From the NCBI GenBank assembly GCA_051648405.1, contig JBOFFC010000134.1:4317-68316 (forward strand): a stretch of DNA of 64,000 nucleotides, given 5' to 3'. This DNA comes from Lacipirellulaceae bacterium (GTDB lineage: Bacteria; Planctomycetota; Planctomycetia; Pirellulales; Lacipirellulaceae). Shown here one piece after another: positions 19,996-29,417 of the stretch (within the stretch, counting starts at the first letter, position 1; each line of letters starts with the position of its first letter). The translations under genes and the position numbers were made by a program. Under the pieces are notes generated by a model. The model did no database searches, was not told the origin of the DNA, and worked only from the letters and a program-made list of their open reading frames with translations.

Positions 19996-22900
19996 CTACC
20001 CGCGCTCCAGCCCGTCGAACAGCCGCTCGAACCGCGCCCGCGTCTCGCGCTGCGCATCGATAACCTCGGCCTCCACGCGGTCCGGGTCGTCGTAGCGCAT
20101 CAGGTAGGCGAGCTTCCTCTTATCGACTTCGTCGGTCGGCAGTTCGTGGCGGCCGGCGGAGTTCATCAGGCGGATCCGCGCCTCGACGTTGCGCAGCAGT
20201 CGGTACGCGCCGCGGAAGAAGTCGGCGTCGTCGGCCGCGAGCGCCCCGGCGGTCTTCAGCGCAGCGAGCGCGTCGAGCGTCCCCGGGGCGCGGACCCGCG
20301 GCTCTTCGCCGCCGTGCTTCAGTTGCAGCGTCTGCACCAAGAACTCGATATCGACCGTCCCTCCCGCGCCGCGCTTGAGGTTCCGCGGGCTCGCAGACTC
20401 TTCCAGCCGCCGCCGCATGACGCGGACCTCGGTCGCGTGCTCGGGGCGCCAGGGGGGGCCGTACGCCGCTTCGATCACCGCCCCCATCGCCCGGGCGCAA
20501 GCCATAGGGTCGCCGTAAACCGCCCGCGCCTTGCACAGCGCGAGGCGTTCCCAAAGCTGCCCCGCCCCCGAGCAGTAGTACGCCGCGAAGGCGTCGATCG
20601 GCACCGACAGCGACCCCCCGGCGCCCGTCGGGCGGAGCCGCGCATCGACTTCGTACAAGCGGCCGTGCGGACCAAGCCTATTGACCCCCTTGATGATCCG
20701 CTGGCCGTACTCGCCGAAGAAGTGGCCGTTGGTCGTGGCGTCGGCGGCGCGCGAACGGCGGCGCGGAACGGTCGGGCCGTCGGCTTCGTAGAGGAACACG
20801 AGGTCGAGGTCGCTGTGGTAGTTCGGCTCGCGCCCGCCGAGCTTCCCCATGGCGAGGACGACCGGGCCAACCGGCCCGCCGACGCGGTCGCGCAGCGCAT
20901 CGGCTTCGGGGCCCGTGGCGTCGTCCGCCGGGGCCCCGACGGTCGGCTGGCCGTACTTGTCGATCAGCTCGTGGAGCTCACGGTCGCACACCAGACCGAG
21001 CAGGCACTCGGCCACGTCGGCTAGCGCGGCGTGTGTCGCGCGGATGTCGTCTCGGCCGACGATGTCACGAACGCCGACGCGCAGGTGCTGGGCGTGCTTG
21101 AAGCTGTGCAGGATCGGTTCGAGGTCCTCGGCGCCGCGCGCCAGGTCGGCGAGCGACGCGTCGAGCATCTCGAGCGTCGGAAGCCGCTCGACGAGCAGGC
21201 TGTCCATCAGCTCGTCGATCATCCCCGGGTTGCTGGTGAGGGTCTCGGCCAGGTACGGGCAGGCCGCGCAGAGCGTCACGTACAGGTCGAGCGACGGCCG
21301 GTTTTGGCTGAACAGTTCCCACAGCGCGGCCTTGCCCCCGATCGAGTCGCTGACGCGGCTCAGGTTGACGAGGGTCTGGTCCGGCTCGGGGGTGCGGGCG
21401 ATCGCGGCCAGCAAGCGCGAGGCGATCGACGCCAAGAAATGCCGGCAGCGGCGCGGCGACAGGAGGCGGATCCTCTCGGTCGCCAGCGTCATCAAGTTGG
21501 CGTAAGCCGCTTGGACGTTCTGGAAAGGGTACTTGCCGAGCACCTCGGCGACGCGCTCGGGGGACGGGTCGGGGTCGTTCACCAGGTCGACCTCGGGCTC
21601 CGCCCCCTCGTCGCCGCCGAACGAGTCGTGCAGCAAGTGGTCGAGGATCCGCCGGTTGACGGTCGTCCGCTCGCGGTAGTTAGCGCGGAACGCTTCGAGG
21701 GCAGTCGCGGCGGGGGTGTCGGCGAACCCGATCCGGACGGCGAGCTTGCGGGCCTCGATCTCGCTCGTCGGCAGCGTGTGGGTCTGCAAGTCGAACAGGA
21801 TCTGTAGGCGGTGCTCGACCTTACGCAGGAACACGTAGTTGTCCTCGAGCAGCAGGCGCTCTTGCGGCGTCAAGCAGCCGCCGCGCTCGAGCCGCTCGAT
21901 CGCCTCGAGCGTGTTCCCGGTGCGGACCTCGGGGAGGGACGCGCCGTTGAGGAGCTGCAAGAACTGCAAGACGAATTCAACGTCGCGGATGCCGCCGTGG
22001 CCCGTCTTCACGTTGCTGACGCCCCCCGACTCGCCGAGGCGCTCGATGCGGCGCTTGAGCGACTTGATCCCCGCGATGTCGGCCATCGTCAGGTAGCGGC
22101 GGTAGACCCACGGCTGGAGCCGCGCGAGCAGCGCGTCGCCGAGCGGCACGTCGCCGGCCACGGGGCGGGCCTTGATGTACGCCTGGCGTTCCCAGGTGCG
22201 GCCCTTCGTGTCGTAGTAGGCGGTCATCGCGTCGAGCGACTCGCAGATCGGCCCGTGTTCCCCCTCGGGGCGGAGCCGCAGGTCGACCCGGTAGCACGAG
22301 CCGCGGTCGGTCGATTCGCCGACGAGCTTCACGAGCTCGCGCGACAGGCGGTCGAAGTACTCGCGGTTGGTGGCGCCGCGCTGGTGATCAGTTTCTCCCT
22401 CTTCGTCGAACAGCAGGATGAGGTCGATGTCGCTGGAATAGTTGAGCTCGACGCCGCCGAGCTTGCCGAGGGCGAGCACGCAGAACCGCGCCGCCTGGCC
22501 GTCGCGACGGCGCGGGACGCCGAGCTTCGCGTCGAGCCACTTGCGGAGGAACGCGACGGCCGCTTCGAGGATCGCGTCGGCGAGGAACGAAATCTGTCGC
22601 GAGACGGTCGCCACGGTCTGGTTCCGTACGATGTCGCCGTACGCGATGCGGATCGTCTCGCGCTGCTTCACGCGGCGGAGCATCGCCGAGACCGCTAGCG
22701 GGTCGTCGAGCACGAGGGCCTCGCCGACCAGCTCCTGCACCAGTGTGTCGCGTGCGACGGGGCGGCCCTCCGTCATGCGCAGCAGGTCGTAGCACTCCTG
22801 GTCGCGGACCAACAGGTCGCTCAGGTACTGGCTCGTCGAGAGGAGCTGCAGCAGGTTGGGGAGCGCCTCGCGGTCGCGCTCGAACAGCGCCGACATCGAC

Positions 22901-23148
22901 AGCGGGTTGCGCGCCGCCGAGAGGAAGCGCTCGAAGTTCCGCAGCGCCATGTCGGCGTCGGCCAGGCGCGGCGCGACGGCTTGGAACTGCTCGCACAGCA
23001 CGCCCACCAGGTCGAGCGGCACGCCGGCGAGCGCGATCCGCCGCCACGCCGCGGCGCCGGCGAGCGGGTCGGTCAGTCGCTGCGGTCCGAGGACGGCCGT
23101 CGATTCTTGCGGGGCGTCGAGCAGGCGACGCAGCTGTTGCAGTTCCAT
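19996..23148 (-). CDS. glnE: bifunctional glutamine synthetase adenylyltransferase/adenylyl-removing enzyme GlnE
   Basis: 1050-aa ORF with two nucleotidyltransferase modules (LGKLGGVELNYSSDIDLILLF and MGKLGGREPNYHSDLDLVFLY). Confidence 0.9.
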   Translation of the reverse strand: MELQQLRRLLDAPQESTAVLGPQRLTDPLAGAAAWRRIALAGVPLDLVGVLCEQFQAVAPRLADADMALRNFERFLSAARNPLSMSALFERDREALPNLLQLLSTSQYLSDLLVRDQECYDLLRMTEGRPVARDTLVQELVGEALVLDDPLAVSAMLRRVKQRETIRIAYGDIVRNQTVATVSRQISFLADAILEAAVAFLRKWLDAKLGVPRRRDGQAARFCVLALGKLGGVELNYSSDIDLILLFDEEGETDHQRGATNREYFDRLSRELVKLVGESTDRGSCYRVDLRLRPEGEHGPICESLDAMTAYYDTKGRTWERQAYIKARPVAGDVPLGDALLARLQPWVYRRYLTMADIAGIKSLKRRIERLGESGGVSNVKTGHGGIRDVEFVLQFLQLLNGASLPEVRTGNTLEAIERLERGGCLTPQERLLLEDNYVFLRKVEHRLQILFDLQTHTLPTSEIEARKLAVRIGFADTPAATALEAFRANYRERTTVNRRILDHLLHDSFGGDEGAEPEVDLVNDPDPSPERVAEVLGKYPFQNVQAAYANLMTLATERIRLLSPRRCRHFLASIASRLLAAIARTPEPDQTLVNLSRVSDSIGGKAALWELFSQNRPSLDLYVTLCAACPYLAETLTSNPGMIDELMDSLLVERLPTLEMLDASLADLARGAEDLEPILHSFKHAQHLRVGVRDIVGRDDIRATHAALADVAECLLGLVCDRELHELIDKYGQPTVGAPADDATGPEADALRDRVGGPVGPVVLAMGKLGGREPNYHSDLDLVFLYEADGPTVPRRRSRAADATTNGHFFGEYGQRIIKGVNRLGPHGRLYEVDARLRPTGAGGSLSVPIDAFAAYYCSGAGQLWERLALCKARAVYGDPMACARAMGAVIEAAYGPPWRPEHATEVRVMRRRLEESASPRNLKRGAGGTVDIEFLVQTLQLKHGGEEPRVRAPGTLDALAALKTAGALAADDADFFRGAYRLLRNVEARIRLMNSAGRHELPTDEVDKRKLAYLMRYDDPDRVEAEVIDAQRETRARFERLFDGLERG

Positions 23149-23320
23149 AGTCGGTGGCGGACGCGGCGATTCGTGCGACGAGAGCGGGGCGAGGCGTGTG
23201 TCCCGGGCGCGCGTCCGCCTGGACCGCGACCATCCACCCCTAGCTTAACGCGCCGGCCTGTTCCGGGCGACAAGAAACAGCCAACTACGTCCTGCTGGCG
23301 AGTTCCGTTGGCAGGATGCA

Positions 23321-23472
23321 CCGCGGAGATCGCTGAGGACACAGAGACGGAGAACGGAACCGCCGATGGACGCAGATGAACACCGATGAGAAAGCGTCGA
23401 GGGCCTGCTTCATCCGCGTCGATCGGCGTCCATCGGCGGTTCCCCTCTTTCGTTTCTCCGCGATCTCCGCGG
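23321..23472. repeat. 152-bp imperfect palindrome between miaB and glnE (includes CGCAGATGAA words, family W3)
   Basis: Both ends are ccgcggagatcgc / gcgatctccgcgg. Internal blocks ggaaccgccgatggacgc / gcgtccatcggcggttcc are exactly complementary. Centre near 23397. Confidence 0.65.
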
Positions 23473-23516
23473 TGAATCTCATTCTGGCCTTCGGGTCGCG
23501 TGCGCGCGCCGAGGGT

Positions 23517-24965
23517 TCAGCCGGCGGCGAGGCCGAGCGCGTAGACCTCGGGCCCGACGTGGTCGGTGACCACCGCGCCGAACAGCGTGTGCGCGTTCGC
23601 GTCGTAGAGGGCGACCGCCAGGGTTTGGCCGATCTGGCGCGGGTTGCCGTCGAAGACGACGATCCGGTCGCACATCGTCCGCCCCGTGAGCTGCACGGGC
23701 CCGACGAGCGGCTCGTCGGCGCCGGCGCGCTCTAGGTCGCGAACGGCCGTCTTGCTCGGGCCCTCAACGAGCACCTCGACACGGCGGCCGAGGAACCGCT
23801 GGTTGTCGGCTTCGCTGATCTCGTTCTGCAGCGCGAGCAGCTCGTTGTTGCGGCGCCGCTTGACCTCGTCGGGGACGTCGTCCGGCAGCCGGTCGGCGGC
23901 CTTCGTGCCGGGACGTTCGCTGTACTTGAAGATGAAGCTGTTCTTGAACCGGCAGTCGCGCACCAGGTCCATCGTCTGCTGAAAGTCCTCTTCGGTCTCG
24001 CCCGAGAAGCCGACGATGAAGTCGCTGGTGATCGCCACGTCGGGCATCCATTCCTTGGCTCGAGCGTGCATCTCGCGGTACTCGGCCACCGTGTAGCCGC
24101 GTTTCATCCGCAGCAACTGAGCGTCCGACCCGTGCTGCGCGGGGACGTGCAGGTACTTGACGCACTTCGGCAGGTCGCGGACGGCGGCCAGGACGTCGTC
24201 CGTCATGTCGCGCGGGTAGCTCGTGACGAACTTGATCCGCTCGATCCCCTCGACGTCGTGCAGGGCGTGGAGCAGGTCGCTGAACCGCCAGGCGCGGCCC
24301 TCCTCGGTGTGGCGCCAACTGTTGACGGTCTGTCCGAGCAAGCAGATCTCTTTGCACCCTTCGTCGGCCAGTCGGCGGGCCTCGGCCAGCAGGTGGCTCG
24401 GGGGGCGGCTCTGCTCGGGGCCGCGGACCGACGGCACGATGCAGTAGGTGCAGAACTTGTCGCACCCGATCTGGATCCGCACGTAGGCCTGGAACGGCGT
24501 CGGGCGCATCGACGGGTCGCGCAGCGGGTCGAACGACTCGTGGCTCCGCTTGATCGAATCGACCGCCCCGTCCTTGCGGCCCAGGCTCACCTCGAGCAGT
24601 TGCTGATTGGGCTTCGACCGCGCCTCGCGCACCAGCGCCGGCACTTGGTGCAACTGCCCGGGGCCGACGACGATGTCGACGTACGGCGCCCGCTGGAAGA
24701 TCAGCCGTTGGTCCTTTTGCGCCATGCAGCCGATGACCCCGATCACCTTGCCGGGGTGGCTACGCTTGGCGTCTTTGAGGCGTCCCAGGGCCGAGTAGAT
24801 CTTGTCCTCGGCGTGCTGCCGGACGCTGCACGTGTTGAACAGGATCGTGTCGGCGTCGGCGGTGCTGGCGGTGAGCTCGTACCCCTCCTTGCGCAGGCTG
24901 GCCACCACCAGCTCGGAGTCGAGCAGGTTCATCTGGCAGCCGACGGTTTCGATGTAGAGCTTCAG
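23517..24965 (-). CDS. miaB: tRNA-2-methylthio-N6-dimethylallyladenosine synthase MiaB
   Basis: Radical-SAM CDKFCTYC, MTTase N-domain and TRAM-like C-terminus. The track ORF starts at ATG 24932, but the conserved KLYIETVGCQMN is encoded upstream, so the end is extended to CTG 24965 (see finding). Confidence 0.85.
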   Translation of the reverse strand: MKLYIETVGCQMNLLDSELVVASLRKEGYELTASTADADTILFNTCSVRQHAEDKIYSALGRLKDAKRSHPGKVIGVIGCMAQKDQRLIFQRAPYVDIVVGPGQLHQVPALVREARSKPNQQLLEVSLGRKDGAVDSIKRSHESFDPLRDPSMRPTPFQAYVRIQIGCDKFCTYCIVPSVRGPEQSRPPSHLLAEARRLADEGCKEICLLGQTVNSWRHTEEGRAWRFSDLLHALHDVEGIERIKFVTSYPRDMTDDVLAAVRDLPKCVKYLHVPAQHGSDAQLLRMKRGYTVAEYREMHARAKEWMPDVAITSDFIVGFSGETEEDFQQTMDLVRDCRFKNSFIFKYSERPGTKAADRLPDDVPDEVKRRRNNELLALQNEISEADNQRFLGRRVEVLVEGPSKTAVRDLERAGADEPLVGPVQLTGRTMCDRIVVFDGNPRQIGQTLAVALYDANAHTLFGAVVTDHVGPEVYALGLAAG

Positions 24966-25029
24966 GAGAGGCTTTCAGCTTTCGGCGGTCAGCTTTCGGC
25001 TTTCAGCGGCCGACGACGTACGAACGCTG

Positions 25030-25191
25030 TCAGGCGGCGGTTTTCTTCGACTTCGCTTGTGCTTTGTGGTCGCGGATCTGTTCGCGGACTTCCGCCACGA
25101 CGCGGTCGCGGCGGCTGCGCATCAGGGAAACGAGCGTCCGCACCGCGACCAGCGTAGCGAGCGCAAGCAGCACCGTGTCGATCGTCGTCAT
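25030..25191 (-). CDS. possible 53-aa small membrane protein
   Basis: ATG 25191 to TGA 25030 reads MTTIDTVLLALATLVAVRTLVSLMRSRRDRVVAEVREQIRDHKAQAKSKKTAA: one TM followed by a basic tail. Lies between fmt and miaB on the same strand; below the track cut-off. Confidence 0.35.
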   Translation of the reverse strand: MTTIDTVLLALATLVAVRTLVSLMRSRRDRVVAEVREQIRDHKAQAKSKKTAA

Positions 25192-25297
25192 GGGGTCGGG
25201 CTCCGTCCCGGGGAAGACCGTAGTCTAGCCCACCAGCGAGCCGCGGTGCGAGGCCGACCCCAAGCTCGCACGGCGCTCCGGCCCCAAGGGCGTGCCG

Positions 25298-26224
25298 CTA
25301 GCAGAGCCGCGCTCCCGACGCCAAACGGGTCCCGCGTAGGAACTCCTCGGCGGCCATCCGGCGTTTGCCGGCGGGCTGGACCTCTAGCAGCTCGACGGCC
25401 CCCTCGCCGCAAGCGACCACCAGGCGTTTGCCCGCGTCGAGCACTTCGCCCGGCGCGCCCGCCCCTTCGACGACACGCACGCGATCGATCACCAGCCGCA
25501 GCGGCGGGCCTTTCTCGACCGGCGCCGCGGTGAACGCCCGGGGCCAGGGGTTGGTCCCGCGGACCTGGTCTTTCACGCGCGCCGCCGGGCGCGACCAATC
25601 GACCAGTCCGTGCTCCTTGGCGAGGCGTGGCGCCTTGGTCATCAGGCTCGTTTCCTGCGGCGTGCCGACCGCCGTGCCCGCTTCGAGCTCGCGGACGACG
25701 CGCGAAACGAGCTCGGCGCCGATCGCCGACAGCCGCACTTCGAGCTCCCCGGCCGTCTCGTCGGGATCGATCGGCGTTGCGCTCTGGCCGAGCGACGGCC
25801 CGGCGTCGAGTCCCGGCGTCATCTCGATGACCGTAACTCCGGTCTGCGTGTCGCCGTTCAGCACGGCCCACTGCACCGGCGCGGCGCCGCGGTATTTGGG
25901 GAGCAACGACCCGTGAAGGTTCACCCCCCCCAGCCGCGTCGCCGCGAGGGCCGCGGGCTTCAGGATCTCGCCGTAGTCGCAGACGACCAGCAGGTCGGCC
26001 TCGAAGGACGCTAGTCGCGCGGCGCCTACCTCGTCGTTCACGGTCAGGGGCTGCCACAAGGAGAGGCCGAGCCGCGCAGCGGCCGCGGCCATCGGCGCCG
26101 GGGGGTCGCTCGCCCTCCCGCGCGGCGGGCGCGTGACGACGCATGCCACGTCGTGCCCGTCCGCCACCAGCCGCCCTAGCGACGGCACAGCAAACGGCCC
26201 CGTTCCCAGCGCGACGAGCTTCAT
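25298..26224 (-). CDS. fmt: methionyl-tRNA formyltransferase
   Basis: 308-aa ORF with HGSLLPKYRGAAPVQWAV and overall Fmt layout. Downstream of def. Confidence 0.9.
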   Translation of the reverse strand: MKLVALGTGPFAVPSLGRLVADGHDVACVVTRPPRGRASDPPAPMAAAAARLGLSLWQPLTVNDEVGAARLASFEADLLVVCDYGEILKPAALAATRLGGVNLHGSLLPKYRGAAPVQWAVLNGDTQTGVTVIEMTPGLDAGPSLGQSATPIDPDETAGELEVRLSAIGAELVSRVVRELEAGTAVGTPQETSLMTKAPRLAKEHGLVDWSRPAARVKDQVRGTNPWPRAFTAAPVEKGPPLRLVIDRVRVVEGAGAPGEVLDAGKRLVVACGEGAVELLEVQPAGKRRMAAEEFLRGTRLASGARLC

Positions 26225-26234
26225 AAGGAATTAG

Positions 26235-26383
26235 CCGCAGATAAGCGCAGATGGACGCGGATGAAGCAGTCAGCTTTTAGCTTTCAGCAGTCAGCTGTCG
26301 GTGTTCAGAACGTTCGGCTGCTGAACGCTGATCGCTGACGGCTGATCGCTCCCCCATCTGCGTTTATCTGCGTTCATCTGTGG
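26235..26383. repeat. 149-bp nested imperfect palindrome splitting def and fmt (outer CGCAGAT words W3, inner GTCAGC/GCTTT words W2)
   Basis: Outer arms 26235-26266 and 26352-26383; inner mirrored cagcagtcagctg / gctgacggctg and gttcag..ctgaac. 26362-26385 is the exact reverse complement of 56546-56569 (24 of 24). Confidence 0.7.
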
Positions 26384-26402
26384 TTTCCTTCCTTCATTCG
26401 TT

Positions 26403-26990
26403 TCAAGCACGGAGCGACTCGAGTTCCGCGATCCGCGCGGCGATCTGTTCGTCGGTCGGCACGTCGCCCGTGCGCTGGCGGCTGTCGAAGTCGTCTTCGA
26501 GGTCGAGCACGTCGTCACGGACCTCGGCGAGGGTCGTCGCCGAGAACTTGTCGATCAGCAGGATCCCGTCGAGGTGATCGGTCTCGTGCAGCACGACGCG
26601 GGCGTCCATGCCGGCGAGCGTCTCGTCGATCGCGTTCCCTGCGAGGTCGTAAGCCTGCACGCGGATCGTCTGGTTGCGTGACACGGGCCCGCGGATGTCG
26701 GGGAGGCTCAGGCACCCCTCGCGCATCTCCTCGAGCCCCTTCCCCTGCGATAGGACGGGGTTCAGATAGACCCGCTCCAGCTCCGGCCGGTCGGGGTCCC
26801 CCTCGACGTTGACGACGAACATCCGGTAGGGGAGCCCCACTTGGTTGGCGGCCAGGCCGATCCCCTCGTGCTCGTACATCAGGTCGAACATCTCGGCGAC
26901 CCACTCGCGGACCTGCTTATCGACGCGCTTCAGCGGCTTCGAGACGTGCCGCAGCACGGGGTGCGGGTAGAGCACAACTTCGAGCGACAC
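26403..26990 (-). CDS. def: peptide deformylase
   Basis: 195-aa ORF with the three Def motifs GIGLAANQ, EGCLS and HETDHL. Confidence 0.9.
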   Translation of the reverse strand: MSLEVVLYPHPVLRHVSKPLKRVDKQVREWVAEMFDLMYEHEGIGLAANQVGLPYRMFVVNVEGDPDRPELERVYLNPVLSQGKGLEEMREGCLSLPDIRGPVSRNQTIRVQAYDLAGNAIDETLAGMDARVVLHETDHLDGILLIDKFSATTLAEVRDDVLDLEDDFDSRQRTGDVPTDEQIAARIAELESLRA

Positions 26991-27145
26991 GGCGCGGCAA
27001 CCCTGGTCGAGAGAGCGGGCGTTTAGGACGCGGGGCGAGAACCGCGAGTATAGCGCGGCGGGCCGCCGTTGTCCCGACCTCGCCCGCCGGTCTACGATCG
27101 GATCGACCCCACGCCGCAGAACGCCCCACGCCCCGAGGAAAACGC

Positions 27146-28120
27146 GTGCCGACCGACCGCGACAACCGACTGGCCGGCGCCGCTTGGGGGGGCTCGCTTG
27201 CGCTCCACGCGCTGCTGACGGCTTCGGCGGCGCTGCTTGTCGGGACGGCGCCGCGGGGGGCCACCGACCAGCCCTCCCGTGAGGTCGGGGTGGTGCTGCG
27301 CCGCGAGCGTGTCGAGTCGTTCGCCGAGGAGGACACGGGGCCGACTTCCACGCCGGCCGCCAAGCCGGCCGAAACCGACTCCGCGGCCGGGCCGCCGCTC
27401 GACCTGGCCGTGGCGATGAGTCCCACGCCGACCGAGAGCCCGTTCGCCGAGCTGATCGATCGGCTCACCGCGCCGGACGCCGCGGGGGAGTCGGCGATCG
27501 GGATCGGCGGCGCCCGCGAGGGCCCGCGCAAGGCGGGCGGCTCGGGGGGGGTGGGCCTCGGCGAGATCGTCAAGCGGGGCCAGGCGCGAGTCACCGTGTT
27601 CGGCGTCAGCGGCGAGGGGAGCCGCTTCGTCTACGCATTCGACCGGTCGATCAGCATGGCGGGCCCGCCGCTGGCGGCGGCCAAGCGGCAACTCGTCACC
27701 AGCCTCGACGCGCTCGGCGACACGCACCAGTTCCAGGTCCTGTTCTTCAACACGGGGGTCACGGCGTTCGACCTGACCGGGGGGCAAGCCCGCGTCGCCT
27801 ACGCGACCGACCAAAACAAGCGCCTCGCCGCCGAGTACGTCGAAGCGGTCAGCGCCGACGGGGGGACCGATCGCTTCACCGCCCTCAAACGGGCCCTCGC
27901 CTACCGGCCCGACGTCATCTTTTTCCTCACCGACGCCGACATCGAGATGACCCCCTCCGAGGTCCACGAGATCGCCGACCGGAACGCGGGGGTCGCCACG
28001 ATCAGCACCATCGAATTCGGCCGCGGACCGAAACCGCGCGGCCGCAACTTCCTCGAAGACCTCGCCGCCGTAACGGGGGGAGCGTACGGCTACATCGACC
28101 TGACACGCCTCGTGCGGTGA
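27146..28120 (+). CDS. membrane-anchored von Willebrand factor A domain protein with TonB-like N-terminal anchor and spacer
   Basis: GTG start. TM GGSLALHALLTASAALLVG (S-x3-H), a Pro/Ala/Thr/Glu-rich spacer, then VWA with MIDAS residues DRSIS, GGTD and TDAD. Confidence 0.7.
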   Translation: MPTDRDNRLAGAAWGGSLALHALLTASAALLVGTAPRGATDQPSREVGVVLRRERVESFAEEDTGPTSTPAAKPAETDSAAGPPLDLAVAMSPTPTESPFAELIDRLTAPDAAGESAIGIGGAREGPRKAGGSGGVGLGEIVKRGQARVTVFGVSGEGSRFVYAFDRSISMAGPPLAAAKRQLVTSLDALGDTHQFQVLFFNTGVTAFDLTGGQARVAYATDQNKRLAAEYVEAVSADGGTDRFTALKRALAYRPDVIFFLTDADIEMTPSEVHEIADRNAGVATISTIEFGRGPKPRGRNFLEDLAAVTGGAYGYIDLTRLVR

Positions 28121-28213
28121 AGGGGGAGAGCCGAACAACGCCCGATCAGCGATGATCGCTGAGTCCCCACAACGCAAGGCTCCACCCCAGTCCACGCCCG
28201 CCCGCCGTTCTCT

Positions 28214-28954
28214 ATGCGCACCTCCCACGTACTCGAGTCGCTACTCGCGCCGCTTGCCGAGGTCGGGAGCGGGGCGTGGCTTTGGGAGCTGGTGACCGCC
28301 GGCGGGCCCGTGGGGCAAGCGATCACCGGGACGCTCGTCGTGGTGTCGGTCGCCGCGGTGGCGCTGGTGATCGAGCAACTGCTGACGCTCACGCGCGAGC
28401 GGCTCGCCCCCGACGGGCTCGCCGAGCGCGTCGCCCGGGCGCTCGAGGCGGGGGACCTGGCGACGGCGACCGAGGCGTGCAACCGGCAGCCGAGCCTGCT
28501 CGCGGACGCGCTCCGCGCCGGGCTGGTCGAGGCCGCGACGACCGGCCCCGCGACGACCTGGCCCGCCGTTGAGAAGGGGATCGAAGACGCGGCCGGCGAC
28601 TCGGCCGTCCGCCTCCTGCGCAGGCTCGACTACCTGTCGGTGATCGGCAACCTCGGGCCGATGCTCGGCCTCTTGGGGACGGTGGTCGGGATGCTGATGG
28701 CGTTCGCCGAAGTCGCCTCGACCGAAGGGGGCGCGAGCGCCGCGCAGCTCGCCTCGGGGATCTACCAGGCGCTCGTCACGACGGTCCTCGGGCTGGTGAT
28801 CGCGATCCCGTCGCTCGCCGCCCACGCCGTGCTCCGCAACCGGCTCGACAACCTGGTGGCCGACGCGATCGGCGAGGCGGAGCGGGCGACGCGCCCGCTG
28901 AAGCGCGCGATCATCGGCGGCAAGCCAGCACGTCACGCGCAGGGGACGCCGTGA
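28214..28954 (+). CDS. exbB: MotA/TolQ/ExbB proton-channel family protein
   Basis: 246-aa ORF with family signature LGPMLGLLGTVVGMLMAF and three TM segments. Confidence 0.85.
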   Translation: MRTSHVLESLLAPLAEVGSGAWLWELVTAGGPVGQAITGTLVVVSVAAVALVIEQLLTLTRERLAPDGLAERVARALEAGDLATATEACNRQPSLLADALRAGLVEAATTGPATTWPAVEKGIEDAAGDSAVRLLRRLDYLSVIGNLGPMLGLLGTVVGMLMAFAEVASTEGGASAAQLASGIYQALVTTVLGLVIAIPSLAAHAVLRNRLDNLVADAIGEAERATRPLKRAIIGGKPARHAQGTP

Positions 28955-29376
28955 TGCGCCGCGCACCCGCACACCACGTCACGGGCCGCCCGGTGGTCGA
29001 GCTCAACATGACGCCGATGATCGACGTCGTGTTCCTGCTGATCATCTTCTTCCTCGTGAGCAGCAACCTGTCGAAGAACGAGTCGCGTGTCGAGGTTGAT
29101 CTCCCCGAGGCCTCGACGGGGGAAGCGTCGGGCCAAGAAGACGTTGCGCTGGTGGTCAACGTCACGGCCGGGGGCGAGACGACGCTCGGGGCCTTACGCG
29201 TCACGCCGGCGGAGCTGCTCGAGCGGCTGCGCGACGCGACTGCCGAGCGTGGCGCCCCGCCGCGGGTCCGCCTCCGCGGCGACCGCGCCGCGCCGTACGC
29301 CGCCGTGGAGCCGGCGCTCGCGGCCTGCGCCGAAGCGGGGATCACCGCGATCGACCTTGGTGTGCGCGGCCGCTGA
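28951..29376 (+). CDS. exbD: ExbD/TolR family protein
   Basis: GTGA start/stop overlap with exbB. LNMTPMIDVVFLLIIFFLV signature. Confidence 0.85.
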   Translation: MMRRAPAHHVTGRPVVELNMTPMIDVVFLLIIFFLVSSNLSKNESRVEVDLPEASTGEASGQEDVALVVNVTAGGETTLGALRVTPAELLERLRDATAERGAPPRVRLRGDRAAPYAAVEPALAACAEAGITAIDLGVRGR

Positions 29377-29417
29377 CAAACGCAAGCGCCGCGAGCAACC
29401 GACCTACGAAAGACGCC

